Shown one piece after another: positions 31,207 to 41,087 of a stretch of 64,000 bases of DNA; the stretch's first letter is position 1; each line of letters begins with the position of its first letter. Under the pieces are notes generated by a model that saw only the letters and a program-made list of their open reading frames with translations, was not told where the DNA came from and searched no databases. Both the position numbers and the translations under genes were made by a program. Source of the DNA: Oscillospiraceae bacterium. Lineage in GTDB: Bacteria > Bacillota > Clostridia > Oscillospirales > JAAYXM01. The stretch is from the NCBI GenBank assembly GCA_017435965.1, contig JAFSEA010000027.1, positions 21,319 to 85,318 on the forward strand, written 5' to 3'.

Positions 31207-32241
31207 ATGTGTAATATTGCAGGATACGTGGGCAAGCGGGATGCTGCTCCGATTATAATTGAAATGATGAGACGAGAAGAGGGCTTTGCAGGTGGATATT
31301 ACAGCGGTCTTGCAACCATTTCCGATAGTGTAATTCATCATCGGAAGCTTACTGGAAACCTCAATGATCTTCTCTCAAAAACCGATGCCGCAACGCTACC
31401 GGGAAATGTCGGTATTATACACAGCCGTTCAAACTCAGGCGGAGGCGATGAATTTGCCCATCCCTTCTGCAGATTCTGTGACGAAAAAGCAACCATTGCA
31501 TATGTTGCCAACGGAGCTGCCAACTTCTTTGCCAATCGCTTTGATGAGTGCACGGAAATTGCCGCATCTCTTTTTAAGGATGGATATAGCTTCACATCGG
31601 TGCAGGATGAGGAAATCCCTGCCTATCCAAAGCTTCCCGACGGTCGCACCGTGCATATGAGTGATCTTATGGCACAACTCATTGCACGATATATAGAAAG
31701 CGGAAGCACTCACGCCGATGCAATAAACCTTGCATATCAGGAAATGCCGGGCGAAATTGTGGGACTTCTTCTCTCCCCTAATCATCCCGACAGCATTGCG
31801 TGGTCAAGAATAAATATGCCAATGTTTGTAGGCTTTGCTTCACACGGTGCATATCTCGCATCTACCCCCTACGCTTTCCCCGATGATGCAAGGGACATAA
31901 AACTTCTTCCTGCCATGTGCGGCGGCGAGGTTTTTCCGGACCGTGTTACAGAAAAGCCATATGCAAAAGAGCTTTGCTCAATTGCTCCCATAGATGACGA
32001 GACCTATAACAAAGCTAAAAAACTTCTATCAAAACACATATCCCATGAGCCAAAGAATATGATTACAGGTGTTGATGCAATAAAACCTGCATTTTCTTCT
32101 GCCGACATAATTCCCCGCGATGCGCTTTATTACCAACTGGTCTATGATATGAAGGATGAACTTGAATTTTCCGAAGAAATGCTTGACGGCGCATTCAACG
32201 GACTTCTCGCACCCAAAAAGTATATAACATTTAAAAAGTGA
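31207..32241 (+). CDS. stand-alone class II glutamine amidotransferase-like Ntn hydrolase
   Basis: Begins MCNIAG (Cys nucleophile), then GIIHSR, AHPF and ANG; ATG 31207 follows GGAGG. Confidence 0.75.
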   Translation: MCNIAGYVGKRDAAPIIIEMMRREEGFAGGYYSGLATISDSVIHHRKLTGNLNDLLSKTDAATLPGNVGIIHSRSNSGGGDEFAHPFCRFCDEKATIAYVANGAANFFANRFDECTEIAASLFKDGYSFTSVQDEEIPAYPKLPDGRTVHMSDLMAQLIARYIESGSTHADAINLAYQEMPGEIVGLLLSPNHPDSIAWSRINMPMFVGFASHGAYLASTPYAFPDDARDIKLLPAMCGGEVFPDRVTEKPYAKELCSIAPIDDETYNKAKKLLSKHISHEPKNMITGVDAIKPAFSSADIIPRDALYYQLVYDMKDELEFSEEMLDGAFNGLLAPKKYITFKK

Positions 32242-32253
32242 AAAAAGCATACG

Positions 32254-32284
32254 AAAAAGGGCGGTGAAATTCACCGTCCTTTTT
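32254..32284. terminator. bidirectional terminator
   Basis: AAAAAGGGCGGTGAA / TTCACCGTCCTTTTT between convergent genes. Confidence 0.75.
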
Positions 32285-32294
32285 ACAATTATGT

Positions 32295-34460
32295 TTATGC
32301 ATTTTCTTCGCAGACGAGATGGATTTCTTTTATTTTTCCATCAGGAAGAGCGAAAGAAACTGTGTTTTCCCGCTTTTCGGCAGGCTTTACCGAAATTTTA
32401 AACTCACCGTCTTTTTCTGCAATTGTTATGCGAAGTCCCCCAAAGTGATAGTCTGTCATCGGCACAAGAGGAAGTGACTTTTCCGTCCCGAACATATCAA
32501 GCCCATGACGAATCCACAGTGTGCCAAGAAGCTCACCTGCTCCGACATTTGATGACATACACGGAGTGCAGTAAAAACCGATATTGCTTCTTGCAATATC
32601 GCCATTTCCCGCATCAATGCACTCCCAGATATTAGGATAAGCAAGGTTTGAATTAAGTACAGAATCAAAGACCGTATCTACCAGCTCCGGAAAATGCTTT
32701 TTTGCAATAGCAACGGCAAGAGAGCAGGATTTCGGCCACGACGGACCTCTCCAGTATATGTCGGAGAAGAAACCTTCCTCCCCTTCTGCACAAGTGCGTA
32801 TTCCATACTTTCCGATAAGTCTCTCAAACTGTGGCTTTACAAGAGCAAGCTTTTCTTCGTCTGCAAGATTATAAACCAGCGGAAAAAGACCGTCAACTCC
32901 CACTCTTGTGTCAAGTGTGCCGTCTGCCTGAAGTGCGCCGTACCAATGCTTTTCCTTATCCCAGAGAATATCGTTTATCGCCTTCTTCGTCTTTTCGGCT
33001 TCATCATACCAATATCGGGCATCACCAAAGCCTGTAAGTTCCGAAATCTTTCCCATCGACATTTCATAATGGTATCTCTCTGCAGAGAGTATTGAGCCAT
33101 AGCAGAATTCTGTCGGTTCGTTTCCGTCAACACCATAAGTTGCCGCCTGGAATGCAGGGAACGTATCAAGACCCGTATCATAGGCATTGTGAAGTGCCCA
33201 GAGATGATTGTTATTATGCTTTTCATCAAACTCACGGCAGATGAAGAAATAATATCGGCAAAGTGGCTCATACCATTCTTTTAGCGAATCAACATCACCG
33301 CTCACATTGTAATAGCGGAGTGCCGTACCCGGAAGCTGGGGGTTTTGTATTATTCCTCCCTCCATCCAATCTGAGCCGGGCACCTCTTCGTGAAGATATG
33401 CCGCATGGGTAACATATCCGTCTTCTCTTTGTGCGGAAAGTAGAATGTTCATCGCTCTTTTTATCCATTCACACGGATGAAAAACATCTTGCGAAGAATA
33501 CCACTCCACAGCAGGTATCGCCCACTGCCATATTCCCTTATAAACCGGGAGAGATTCAAGAACATTGAAGCCCCACCCCGGATAGTTGCAGTAATTGAGA
33601 AAAATCACCCACCAAGATTTGTAATAAAGTTTGCGCTCACGCTCATCGGCTCCGTCAAACCCCACGGTCGGAAGCGAGAGGAATCGCTTATTCCACTTAT
33701 TGCGAAGAAGTGAGTCGGCATCTGTTACAGAAAGTGCCTTAAGCGCAGCCTCACGACTGTGGTGGCTCATTCCGAAACGAAGTGAAACCTCTCCGTCATT
33801 CTCTATTGAAACTTCTGTTTCAATCAACATCACGCGACCTTTTCCGAAGTTTTCGGAAAAAGCTTCTCCTGCAGAGTCATAGGCATCGAGTTCATTGTCA
33901 AAAACCGATATTTTTACTGAGTGCGAACTTGCAATATAATAATGTCTGTCTGAAAGAGTTATGGAAATAACCCCGTCACAATCTCGCTCAGCAGAAAATC
34001 CGTCGTATGCAATGAAGGTTGAATACAACTTCTTTTTATAGCTGTAGATGCCTGTCGGATCCTTTAGTCCAACAGAGGTGTTGCGGAGAAGAAAATCCCA
34101 TGTAAGTCCTTTTTCTGTTGCGGCAGAAAGCTTTTCACTCCCTGCAAGCGCAGAATTTGGAAACCGGAAAGTATGCGAAATCTGCCCCGGGCGATAACTC
34201 TGTTCAGAAAAAATAAATCGACTTCGTCCCGGTGCTCCGCAAAGATTGGGGTATTCAAGTGCCGCAAAGCACAACTCAAAGGTATATCTGTCCTGATTGT
34301 ATTTTGAAAGGTTTGTATCAAGAAAATTATAACCTATTCTTCCGTCGTGAGAAGGACAGTAGAAACCCAGGTCATAATCGTCCTCCTTGATTGAGATCGC
34401 ACTCATTCGAGGAAGAGAGAAATCAAAGTTTTCAGAAAGCGATGACCAGATATCAGTCAT
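32295..34460 (-). CDS. GH63/MGH1-like (alpha/alpha)6 glycoside hydrolase
   Basis: GIWQW, QREDG, DTGLD (acid), GLFPL, YWRGPSW and IWE (base) motifs; no signal peptide. Confidence 0.72.
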   Translation of the reverse strand: MTDIWSSLSENFDFSLPRMSAISIKEDDYDLGFYCPSHDGRIGYNFLDTNLSKYNQDRYTFELCFAALEYPNLCGAPGRSRFIFSEQSYRPGQISHTFRFPNSALAGSEKLSAATEKGLTWDFLLRNTSVGLKDPTGIYSYKKKLYSTFIAYDGFSAERDCDGVISITLSDRHYYIASSHSVKISVFDNELDAYDSAGEAFSENFGKGRVMLIETEVSIENDGEVSLRFGMSHHSREAALKALSVTDADSLLRNKWNKRFLSLPTVGFDGADERERKLYYKSWWVIFLNYCNYPGWGFNVLESLPVYKGIWQWAIPAVEWYSSQDVFHPCEWIKRAMNILLSAQREDGYVTHAAYLHEEVPGSDWMEGGIIQNPQLPGTALRYYNVSGDVDSLKEWYEPLCRYYFFICREFDEKHNNNHLWALHNAYDTGLDTFPAFQAATYGVDGNEPTEFCYGSILSAERYHYEMSMGKISELTGFGDARYWYDEAEKTKKAINDILWDKEKHWYGALQADGTLDTRVGVDGLFPLVYNLADEEKLALVKPQFERLIGKYGIRTCAEGEEGFFSDIYWRGPSWPKSCSLAVAIAKKHFPELVDTVFDSVLNSNLAYPNIWECIDAGNGDIARSNIGFYCTPCMSSNVGAGELLGTLWIRHGLDMFGTEKSLPLVPMTDYHFGGLRITIAEKDGEFKISVKPAEKRENTVSFALPDGKIKEIHLVCEENA

Positions 34461-34562
34461 TCATATTCCCCCTTTAGTTCTTCTGCTATAGCGGAGCATT
34501 GGGTTGGCTTTAGTACGCCGTTTCAATAATGATGTCCAAAAATGTACATTTCCAAGCGACTT

Positions 34563-35081
34563 TTAATTCAACTCTAATACTTGGTCATATTCACCGCCAA
34601 AATCTTCAATTGACTCAATAATCGGCGAGAAGTCGCTTGTGTACGACATTGACCTGTATCGTTTAAAAGGTGATTTGTCTGCCACTTCTTTTCTCCCATC
34701 TTTATAAACAACCACACAATCAAAAATTCCGGAATTTTCATAGTATGGAGAAGATCCAAAGCAATCGGACATAAGCTCAAACTCAACTATGTAATCAATG
34801 TTACCAAACATCTCTTCCGGTGTTGGTATGCTCATTCCATTTGATATCTGTTTTGCCTCACTTGCTTCTATTTCCTCTTTTATATTGACAATCCGGGTGT
34901 TAACAATTTCCAGATGCCTATCCGTATTTTCGGACACGCTGCCCAAGTCACCGTCATAATACTTATCCCAATGCTCTTTAAGACATTCTATCGCCGTTTC
35001 CACACGATCGTCACTCCGATCACATCCGCAAAACGAAAAAATCAAGCTCATACATATTAAACACAAAAATGTTTTTTTCAT
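34563..35081 (-). CDS. hypothetical lipoprotein
   Basis: MKK, hydrophobic stretch, lipobox-like FCGC; acidic mature region. Confidence 0.65.
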   Translation of the reverse strand: MKKTFLCLICMSLIFSFCGCDRSDDRVETAIECLKEHWDKYYDGDLGSVSENTDRHLEIVNTRIVNIKEEIEASEAKQISNGMSIPTPEEMFGNIDYIVEFELMSDCFGSSPYYENSGIFDCVVVYKDGRKEVADKSPFKRYRSMSYTSDFSPIIESIEDFGGEYDQVLELN

Positions 35082-35123
35082 CGCAAATTCTCCTTCAATA
35101 TTATAAGTTAAAGAGACTATCTT

Positions 35124-35753
35124 TTACTCAATATCAAATATACTCCAGGGGAGTTCTTTCGGGGGATTTTTTGAGATATCTTGTCCTGAGGTTTTTATTC
35201 TGTGGGAGAAAAGTCCTATGGGGCATTTTTCACGGCTTCCGTATTTGCCGTCGCCGAAAAGTGGGTGCTTTCGGCTTGCAAACTGAACTCTTATCTGATG
35301 ACTTCTTCCCGTATGCAGGCTTATGAGGACGAGAGAGCAACATCTTCCCTCCCACTCTCCTTTTGCAAGCACTTTATATGAGAGAGAGGCTTTTTTAACA
35401 CCTTTTCTTTCTCGCTTTACAACAAAGCTCTTGTTTTTTGAGGAGTCCTTAAAAAGAAGGTCTTCCATAATGCCTTCGTTATCCGAAAGCTCACCTTCGC
35501 AGACAACAAGATATTCCTTAGTAAAATCCTTATGCTCGGAAATCTTTGCACTCATCTTTGCGGCGGAAGCTTTTGTTTTTGCATATACCATAACACCGCC
35601 GACCGGCTTATCAAGTCGGTGCAAAGGGTATATTTCACTCCCAAGCTGTTCTTTTAAGATTGTGACCGTTTCTTCTTCCGAGGATATCCCGGATGGTTTT
35701 ACAATGAAAACCAAATCATCATTCTCAAATAGAATTTCAAGCTGAATATTCAT
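35124..35753 (-). CDS. RluA-family pseudouridine synthase
   Basis: KPSG, HRLD, TGRSHQIR, GDGKYG motifs. Confidence 0.93.
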   Translation of the reverse strand: MNIQLEILFENDDLVFIVKPSGISSEEETVTILKEQLGSEIYPLHRLDKPVGGVMVYAKTKASAAKMSAKISEHKDFTKEYLVVCEGELSDNEGIMEDLLFKDSSKNKSFVVKRERKGVKKASLSYKVLAKGEWEGRCCSLVLISLHTGRSHQIRVQFASRKHPLFGDGKYGSREKCPIGLFSHRIKTSGQDISKNPPKELPWSIFDIE

Positions 35754-35755
35754 AG

Positions 35756-36127
35756 TTATATCTTTGCAACAGCTTCAACTTCAAGAAGCACATCTTTGGG
35801 AAGTCTTGCCACTTCAACACAGGAACGTGCAGGATAAGGTGCTTCAAAATAGCTTGCGTAAATTTCGTTTATGGTGGCAAAATCCTCCATATTCTTTATG
35901 AATACAGTTGTTTTTATTACATTTGCCATCTTTCCGCCGGAGGCTTCAATCAGGTTTTTAAGATTGGAAAAAGCCTGCTCCGCCTGTGCCTTTACGCCTT
36001 CGGGAATTTCTCCTGTTTCGGGGTTTACGGGAATCTGCCCGGATGTGAAAACCATATCACCGAGAGTAATAGCCTGAGAATAAGGTCCGATTGCGGCAGG
36101 TGCCTTATCTGTTTTAATAACGTTCAT
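35756..36127 (-). CDS. ridA: RidA-family enamine deaminase
   Basis: APAAIGPYSQA, SGQIP, PARSCVEVARLP motifs. Confidence 0.93.
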   Translation of the reverse strand: MNVIKTDKAPAAIGPYSQAITLGDMVFTSGQIPVNPETGEIPEGVKAQAEQAFSNLKNLIEASGGKMANVIKTTVFIKNMEDFATINEIYASYFEAPYPARSCVEVARLPKDVLLEVEAVAKI

Positions 36128-36158
36128 AATATATTCTCCTTTTACTTTTGTTTTTGAG

Positions 36159-36197
36159 AAAATCGAGTTGCGACAGCTTCACATAATCGCAACTCGA
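36159..36197 (-). terminator. terminator after proS
   Basis: TCGAGTTGCGA / TCGCAACTCGA hairpin followed by TTTT on the minus strand. Confidence 0.65.
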
Positions 36198-36203
36198 ATA
36201 TTC

Positions 36204-37913
36204 TTATTTCATTTCCTTTATAAGTGCTTCAATTTCAGATACAACCGAATCAAGCTCAACACTCTTTGAGATTGACTTATCTCTTGAAGAAATTTCGACA
36301 ACGCGCTGCTTCATATTTCTGGGGCTTACGATTATGCGGAGAGGCACACCCAAAAGGTCTGCATCGGAGAACATAACTCCTGCGCTGACCTTGCGGTCGT
36401 CATAAATAATCTCTATTCCCCTATTCTTAAGTTCTTCATAGAGCTTATCCGCAAATGCCTTGACCTCTGCATCATCGGCACGGACAGCACAGAGATGAAC
36501 CTGCCACGGAGCAACGGACATAGGCCAGATGGGGCCGTAATCATCGTGGTGCTCCTCGCAGATTGCAGCCGCAAGACGGCCGACACCGATACCGTAGCAA
36601 CCCATAATGGGATACTCGGACTTACCTTCGCTGTCAACATAGGTCATATTCATTGACTTTGTGTATTTTGTGCCGAGCTGGAAGATGTTACCGACTTCGA
36701 TACCACGAGAAACTGTTATTGCCTTCTTTCCGCAAACAGGGCAGATGCCGCCCTCGGTAATCTTTGCAAAGTCAAAGAACTCTGCACCCTCAACATCACG
36801 GGACATATCAAGACCTGTGAGGTGATATTCATCTTCATTTGCACCACAGCAGAGGTTATTGCGATTTTCAAGAGACTTATCATAAAGAACGATACAGTCA
36901 GCATCGAGATTTACAGGACCGATGTAGCCTGTGTGAAGTCCGCTTTCTTCTGTGATAACTGCCGGGTGGATTTCAAAACCGAGGTGGTTTGTGAGCTTTG
37001 TTTCGTTTGCTTCAAGATCGCCGCGGATAAAGAGAACAATATATTTATCATCGGAATTTCTCTGATATACAACTGCCTTACAGGAGTTCTTTGCATCGCT
37101 TCCGAGGAAGTTGCATACATCTTCAATGGTCTCAAAACCGGGAGTGTGAACCTTCTTGATTTCTTCAGAGATTGCATCACGGGCAATATCGGAAATATTC
37201 TCTGCAGCTTCCATATTTGCACGGTAGTTACATTCATTACAGATTGCGATGGAATCCTCGCCGATGGGAGTGAGGAGCATAAATTCGTGAGAAACGCTTC
37301 CGCCCATCATACCGGAATCTGACTTTACGGAGATAACCTCAGGAACACCTGCACGGGCATAGATATTCTCATATGCCTTATGGCACTTCTCATAGTATTC
37401 TTCAAGGTCTGCCTGGCTTGTGTGGAAAGAATATGCATCCTTCATTGTGAATTCACGGACACGGATAAGGCCTGCCCTCGGTCTTGCTTCATCACGGAAT
37501 TTGGTCTGAATCTGATAAATCATAAAGGGGTATTTTGCATAGGTCTGACCATATTCACGGACAAGGTGAACAGCAGCTTCTTCATGGGTCATACCGAGAA
37601 CGAGAGGAGAACCGCTTCTATCGTCAAAGCGAGCCATTTCCTTTCCGATGCTTGTGTATCTTCCCGACTCTTCCCAGAGGGATGCCGGCATAACTACCGG
37701 GAACATAACTTCCTGACCGTCGATTGCATCCATTTCTTCACGGATAATCTGCTCAATCTTACGTGTTATACGCTTCAATGGCATATACGATGAGAAGATA
37801 CCGCTTGCAACGTATTTCATATATCCGCCACGGGTCATAAGAGCATGGCTGTCTACCACGCAATCGGCAGGTTTTTCTTTAAAACGATCGCCAACGAGTT
37901 TTTCAAGCTTCAT
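36204..37913 (-). CDS. proS: proline--tRNA ligase (bacterial type with editing domain)
   Basis: MTHEE, KFRDEARPR.GL.R.REF.MKD, GIEVGNIF, MGCYGIG motifs; start ATG 37913 after GGAGG. Confidence 0.97.
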   Translation of the reverse strand: MKLEKLVGDRFKEKPADCVVDSHALMTRGGYMKYVASGIFSSYMPLKRITRKIEQIIREEMDAIDGQEVMFPVVMPASLWEESGRYTSIGKEMARFDDRSGSPLVLGMTHEEAAVHLVREYGQTYAKYPFMIYQIQTKFRDEARPRAGLIRVREFTMKDAYSFHTSQADLEEYYEKCHKAYENIYARAGVPEVISVKSDSGMMGGSVSHEFMLLTPIGEDSIAICNECNYRANMEAAENISDIARDAISEEIKKVHTPGFETIEDVCNFLGSDAKNSCKAVVYQRNSDDKYIVLFIRGDLEANETKLTNHLGFEIHPAVITEESGLHTGYIGPVNLDADCIVLYDKSLENRNNLCCGANEDEYHLTGLDMSRDVEGAEFFDFAKITEGGICPVCGKKAITVSRGIEVGNIFQLGTKYTKSMNMTYVDSEGKSEYPIMGCYGIGVGRLAAAICEEHHDDYGPIWPMSVAPWQVHLCAVRADDAEVKAFADKLYEELKNRGIEIIYDDRKVSAGVMFSDADLLGVPLRIIVSPRNMKQRVVEISSRDKSISKSVELDSVVSEIEALIKEMK

Positions 37914-37937
37914 AATAAATTCCTCCAAAAGTTTAAT

Positions 37938-38206
37938 AAAAAAGTCCCAAGCTGTGTTACACAGCTTAGGACGAACTGAATACATAGTCCGCGGTACCAC
38001 CTAAATTCGGATAAATCCGCACCTCACAAGCACGAAAGCCCGTGCTTTTCTCTATAACGGGAGAAGACCGGTATGACTTAATCGGAGAAAGCTCTCCTTT
38101 CGCCAACAGCTCCGAGACCGGTTCGGCATATCCTCAATAAGGGCTTGCACCTTCCGCCCTCTCTCTGAAAAATCAGAAGTGCCTACTATTCCTCTTCACA
38201 GCTTTT
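37938..38206 (-). ncRNA. T-box leader (Pro specifier)
   Basis: T-box AATTTAGGTGGTACCGCGG (38007-37989); terminator GTCCTAAGCTGTG/CACAGCTTGGGAC plus T tract; Stem I with AGTA, AGAGA and GGTG motifs; GAA-CCG specifier (38121-38119). Confidence 0.92.
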
Positions 38207-38211
38207 TAGGT

Positions 38212-38241
38212 ATTATATCACAAAGACTCCCGAAAAGTCAA
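38212..38241 (-). promoter_or_regulatory. sigma-A promoter of the proS leader
   Basis: TTGACT, 18 bp spacer, TG-A-TATAAT. Confidence 0.7.
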
Positions 38242-38246
38242 CGGTT

Positions 38247-38777
38247 TTAAGAAGGATTTGTCTCTTTCTTTACCGCAAGATAAAAATTGATGTTATGAAG
38301 GGAGAAGTTTATATCGGCGGAGTTATATTTACTCAAAAACCGACTGTTTATCTCTTCTTCTCCGATGTGCTCATAGATAAGAAAGCCGAAAGATGACATA
38401 AGCTTTTCAAGCTCGTGAAAACTTTCATTTCCGGGACGGGCAAACACCATTGTGCTACCCTCCACAAAGAGCCTTGAAACCGCACTTAAAAAGCCTCTGA
38501 ACTTTTCCTTTGGCATTGTGTAGGACTTATCCATAAAATCAAAGAAGCTTATTACCTTTGCAAAGCGAGGAATTTCAAGCTTTGACACTCTTCCCTCTTC
38601 GCTTAAAATTATCTTTGATTTAAGAAGACCTTCACAGACGGCAGGTTCAAGAAATGCTCTTTTTGCATCCACCGTTACATACTGTCGTGCTCCGATTTGT
38701 ATTGCGTTTTTTAAAGCAGTCTCCGAAAAATCAGCAGAAGCAAGAAGCCTCAAAACTATATTCTGCATAAAAATCAC
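38247..38777 (-). CDS. hypothetical protein, degenerate homolog of LCM/YktD-type SAM methyltransferases
   Basis: F.E.AL..A...G..QYV and ELEKLM...GFLIYEH...N.YLAVKK resemble this family, but GAGxDT is absent and the protein is short. Confidence 0.5.
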   Translation of the reverse strand: MIFMQNIVLRLLASADFSETALKNAIQIGARQYVTVDAKRAFLEPAVCEGLLKSKIILSEEGRVSKLEIPRFAKVISFFDFMDKSYTMPKEKFRGFLSAVSRLFVEGSTMVFARPGNESFHELEKLMSSFGFLIYEHIGEEEINSRFLSKYNSADINFSLHNINFYLAVKKETNPS

Positions 38778-38938
38778 CTATATATTTAATACCACAAAAA
38801 GAGGAAAAATACAAGACTTGACATAAGAAAAAGCAGATTATGAGACTTACTTTTAATTAAACTACAACAAATTTTCTATAACTGTGCACACTTCCAACTA
38901 TTCCCGTTTCAACACACCAACATTTTACATCTATTGTG

Positions 38939-38967
38939 TTGACATTGTAAATAAAAACGCATATAAT
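38939..38967 (+). promoter_or_regulatory. consensus sigma-A promoter of the TA operon
   Basis: Perfect TTGACA, 17 bp spacer, TATAAT; TTTACA...TGTAAA inverted repeat (38924-38951) around the -35. Confidence 0.8.
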
Positions 38968-38997
38968 ATTATTAGAAAGCAAGAAGGAGATGTTAGT

Positions 38998-39264
38998 ATG
39001 AATGATACAAGTATGACTATCAGAACAAATAAAGAAACCAAACAGCAAGCTCAAATGATTTTTTCCGAATTAGGAATGGATATGTCAACGGCCGTAAACG
39101 TCTTTTTGCGACAGGCAATAATTCATCGCGGCTTCCCTTTTGAATTGACTTTGGAATCGCCAAACGCAACCACAAAAAAAGCAATGATAAATGCTGAAAA
39201 CGGTACTGACACTTACGGTCCTTTTGATAGCGTGGACGCTTTAATGGAGGCATTGAATGCTTAA
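38998..39264 (+). CDS. dinJ: RelB/DinJ-family antitoxin
   Basis: TIRT...K.QA..IF.ELGMDMSTAVNVFLRQA....GFPF...PN.TT..A; ATG 38998 after AGGAG. Confidence 0.9.
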   Translation: MNDTSMTIRTNKETKQQAQMIFSELGMDMSTAVNVFLRQAIIHRGFPFELTLESPNATTKKAMINAENGTDTYGPFDSVDALMEALNA

Positions 39265-39535
39265 AATCGAATTTCAAGGGCAATTCAAGAAAGATTATAA
39301 ACTTGCGATAAAACGCGGATGCAATATGCAACTCTTTCAGGAAGTGGTTACATTACTTGCCGAGGAAAAAACGTTGCCTGCAAAATATAAAGACCATGCA
39401 CTACTGGATTCAAAAGAATACAAAGGAATGCGTGAATGTCACATACAACCCGATTGGCTTTTAGTATACAAAATTTACAAAGACACATTGATATTACAGT
39501 TAATCAGAACAGGAACACATAGTGATTTATTTTAA
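39257..39535 (+). CDS. yafQ: YafQ-family mRNA interferase toxin
   Basis: FKKDYK, DHAL, RECHIQPDWLLVY, RTGTHSDLF end; overlaps the antitoxin stop. Confidence 0.93.
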   Translation: MLKIEFQGQFKKDYKLAIKRGCNMQLFQEVVTLLAEEKTLPAKYKDHALLDSKEYKGMRECHIQPDWLLVYKIYKDTLILQLIRTGTHSDLF

Positions 39536-39548
39536 ATGATTAAATCTC

Positions 39549-39587
39549 AAACGGACGAGCTTTGCATACACAAAACTCGTCCGTTTT
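39549..39587. terminator. bidirectional terminator between yafQ and gltX
   Basis: AAACGGACGAG / CTCGTCCGTTT hairpin. Confidence 0.7.
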
Positions 39588-39593
39588 ACTTAT

Positions 39594-41069
39594 TTACGAC
39601 AATTTTTCTATCGCTGCGTCTATTCTTTTGAGGGTTTCTGCTTTTCCGAGGATGTGGCAGAACTCTACTCCGCCGCCGGGGGTTACTTGTTTTCCCGAAA
39701 GTGCTGTGCGAAGCGGCCAGAGAACGAAGCCGTTCTTGAGCTCTTTTTCTGCAATGTATGCAAAGAGAGTATCGTGGATATTATCAAAAGTCCACTCTTC
39801 TATTCCCTCGATTACCGGGCGAAGCTCCGTTAAAGTTACAAGAGCAGTCTCTGCATTTGTCTTCATCTTCTTATGGAAATACATCTCGTTATCGTATTCA
39901 GGGACAGCATCAAAGAAGTCAACCTGCTCCGGAATATCTGCAAGACGCTCACAACGCTGATGGAGAAGGGGTGCGATAAGGTCGGGGTTGATGTCGGGAT
40001 TCTTTACACCCTGACGGATATAGGGACGTGCAACCTCTGCAAACTCCTCCGTTGACATTGCACGGATATACTCTGCATTTATGTATTTAAGCTTTGCAAC
40101 GTCAAATATTGCAGGAGACTTTGAAATACCCTTTATTTCAAAGATATCAACAAGCTCGGAAAGTGAGAATATTTCCTGCTCACCGCCGGGACTCCATCCG
40201 AGAAGAGTTACATAGTTTACAACTGCATCCTTAAGATAGCCTTCATTTATGAGGTCTTCATAAGATGGGTCACCGTTACGCTTTGAAAGCTTATGCTGGG
40301 CATCCTTCATAACGGGAGAGCAATGAACGTATGTGGGAACTTCCCATCCGAAGGCTTCATAGAGAAGGTTATACTTCGGTGCAGATGAGAGATATTCCGA
40401 GCCTCGTACAACGTGGGTGATGCCCATAAGGTGGTCATCAACGACGTTTGCGAAGTTATATGTTGGGAAACCGTCTGACTTGATAAGAACCTGATCGTCA
40501 AGGTCTTCATTGGGGACGGTTATATCACCATAAACAACATCGGAAAATGTTGTTGTTCCGCCTGCAGGCATTTTTTGACGGATTACATAAGGGACGCCTG
40601 CATCGAGCTTTGCCTGAATTTCTTCGGGAGAAAGGCGTGAGCAACGTCCATCGTACTTTGTCGGTGCTTCCCCTTCCTTTTCCTCGTGGTCTGTTTTTTC
40701 ACAGAAGCAGCGGTAAGCAGCACCTCTCTCAATGAGGACTTCGGCATACTTCTTATACATTCCCATTCTTTCACTCTGAATATATGGGCCTACGGGACCT
40801 CCGATATCGGGGCCTTCATCATAATTAAGCCCTGTTTCACGGAGAGTTCTGTAAATAAGGTCTGTTGCACCTTCAACAAGTCGGCCTTGGTCTGTGTCTT
40901 CAATGCGGAGAATAAAATCGCCGCCATTATGCTTTGCAATCATATAGGTATAAAGTGCTGTGCGGAGATTACCTATATGCATATATCCTGTGGGACTTGG
41001 AGCAAAACGGGTTCTCACTTTACCTTTGGGAATCCGTGCCTCTGCCTCCTCAAAAAATTTCATATCCAT
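39594..41069 (-). CDS. gltX: glutamate--tRNA ligase
   Basis: [27 protein letters not shown] motifs. Confidence 0.97.
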   Translation of the reverse strand: MDMKFFEEAEARIPKGKVRTRFAPSPTGYMHIGNLRTALYTYMIAKHNGGDFILRIEDTDQGRLVEGATDLIYRTLRETGLNYDEGPDIGGPVGPYIQSERMGMYKKYAEVLIERGAAYRCFCEKTDHEEKEGEAPTKYDGRCSRLSPEEIQAKLDAGVPYVIRQKMPAGGTTTFSDVVYGDITVPNEDLDDQVLIKSDGFPTYNFANVVDDHLMGITHVVRGSEYLSSAPKYNLLYEAFGWEVPTYVHCSPVMKDAQHKLSKRNGDPSYEDLINEGYLKDAVVNYVTLLGWSPGGEQEIFSLSELVDIFEIKGISKSPAIFDVAKLKYINAEYIRAMSTEEFAEVARPYIRQGVKNPDINPDLIAPLLHQRCERLADIPEQVDFFDAVPEYDNEMYFHKKMKTNAETALVTLTELRPVIEGIEEWTFDNIHDTLFAYIAEKELKNGFVLWPLRTALSGKQVTPGGGVEFCHILGKAETLKRIDAAIEKLS

Positions 41070-41087
41070 TTATATTACCTCGTTTAT

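Noticed and set aside
38890-38925. GTTTCAAC stretch resembling a CRISPR repeat end
   Set aside because: Single copy, with no regularly spaced repeats and no cas genes.
38884-38997. Upstream extensions of the dinJ, purE, purM, proS and aminotransferase ORFs in the track (dinJ coordinates shown)
   Set aside because: They run through promoters, leaders or neighbouring genes. Downstream starts have clear RBSs or family-typical N-termini.
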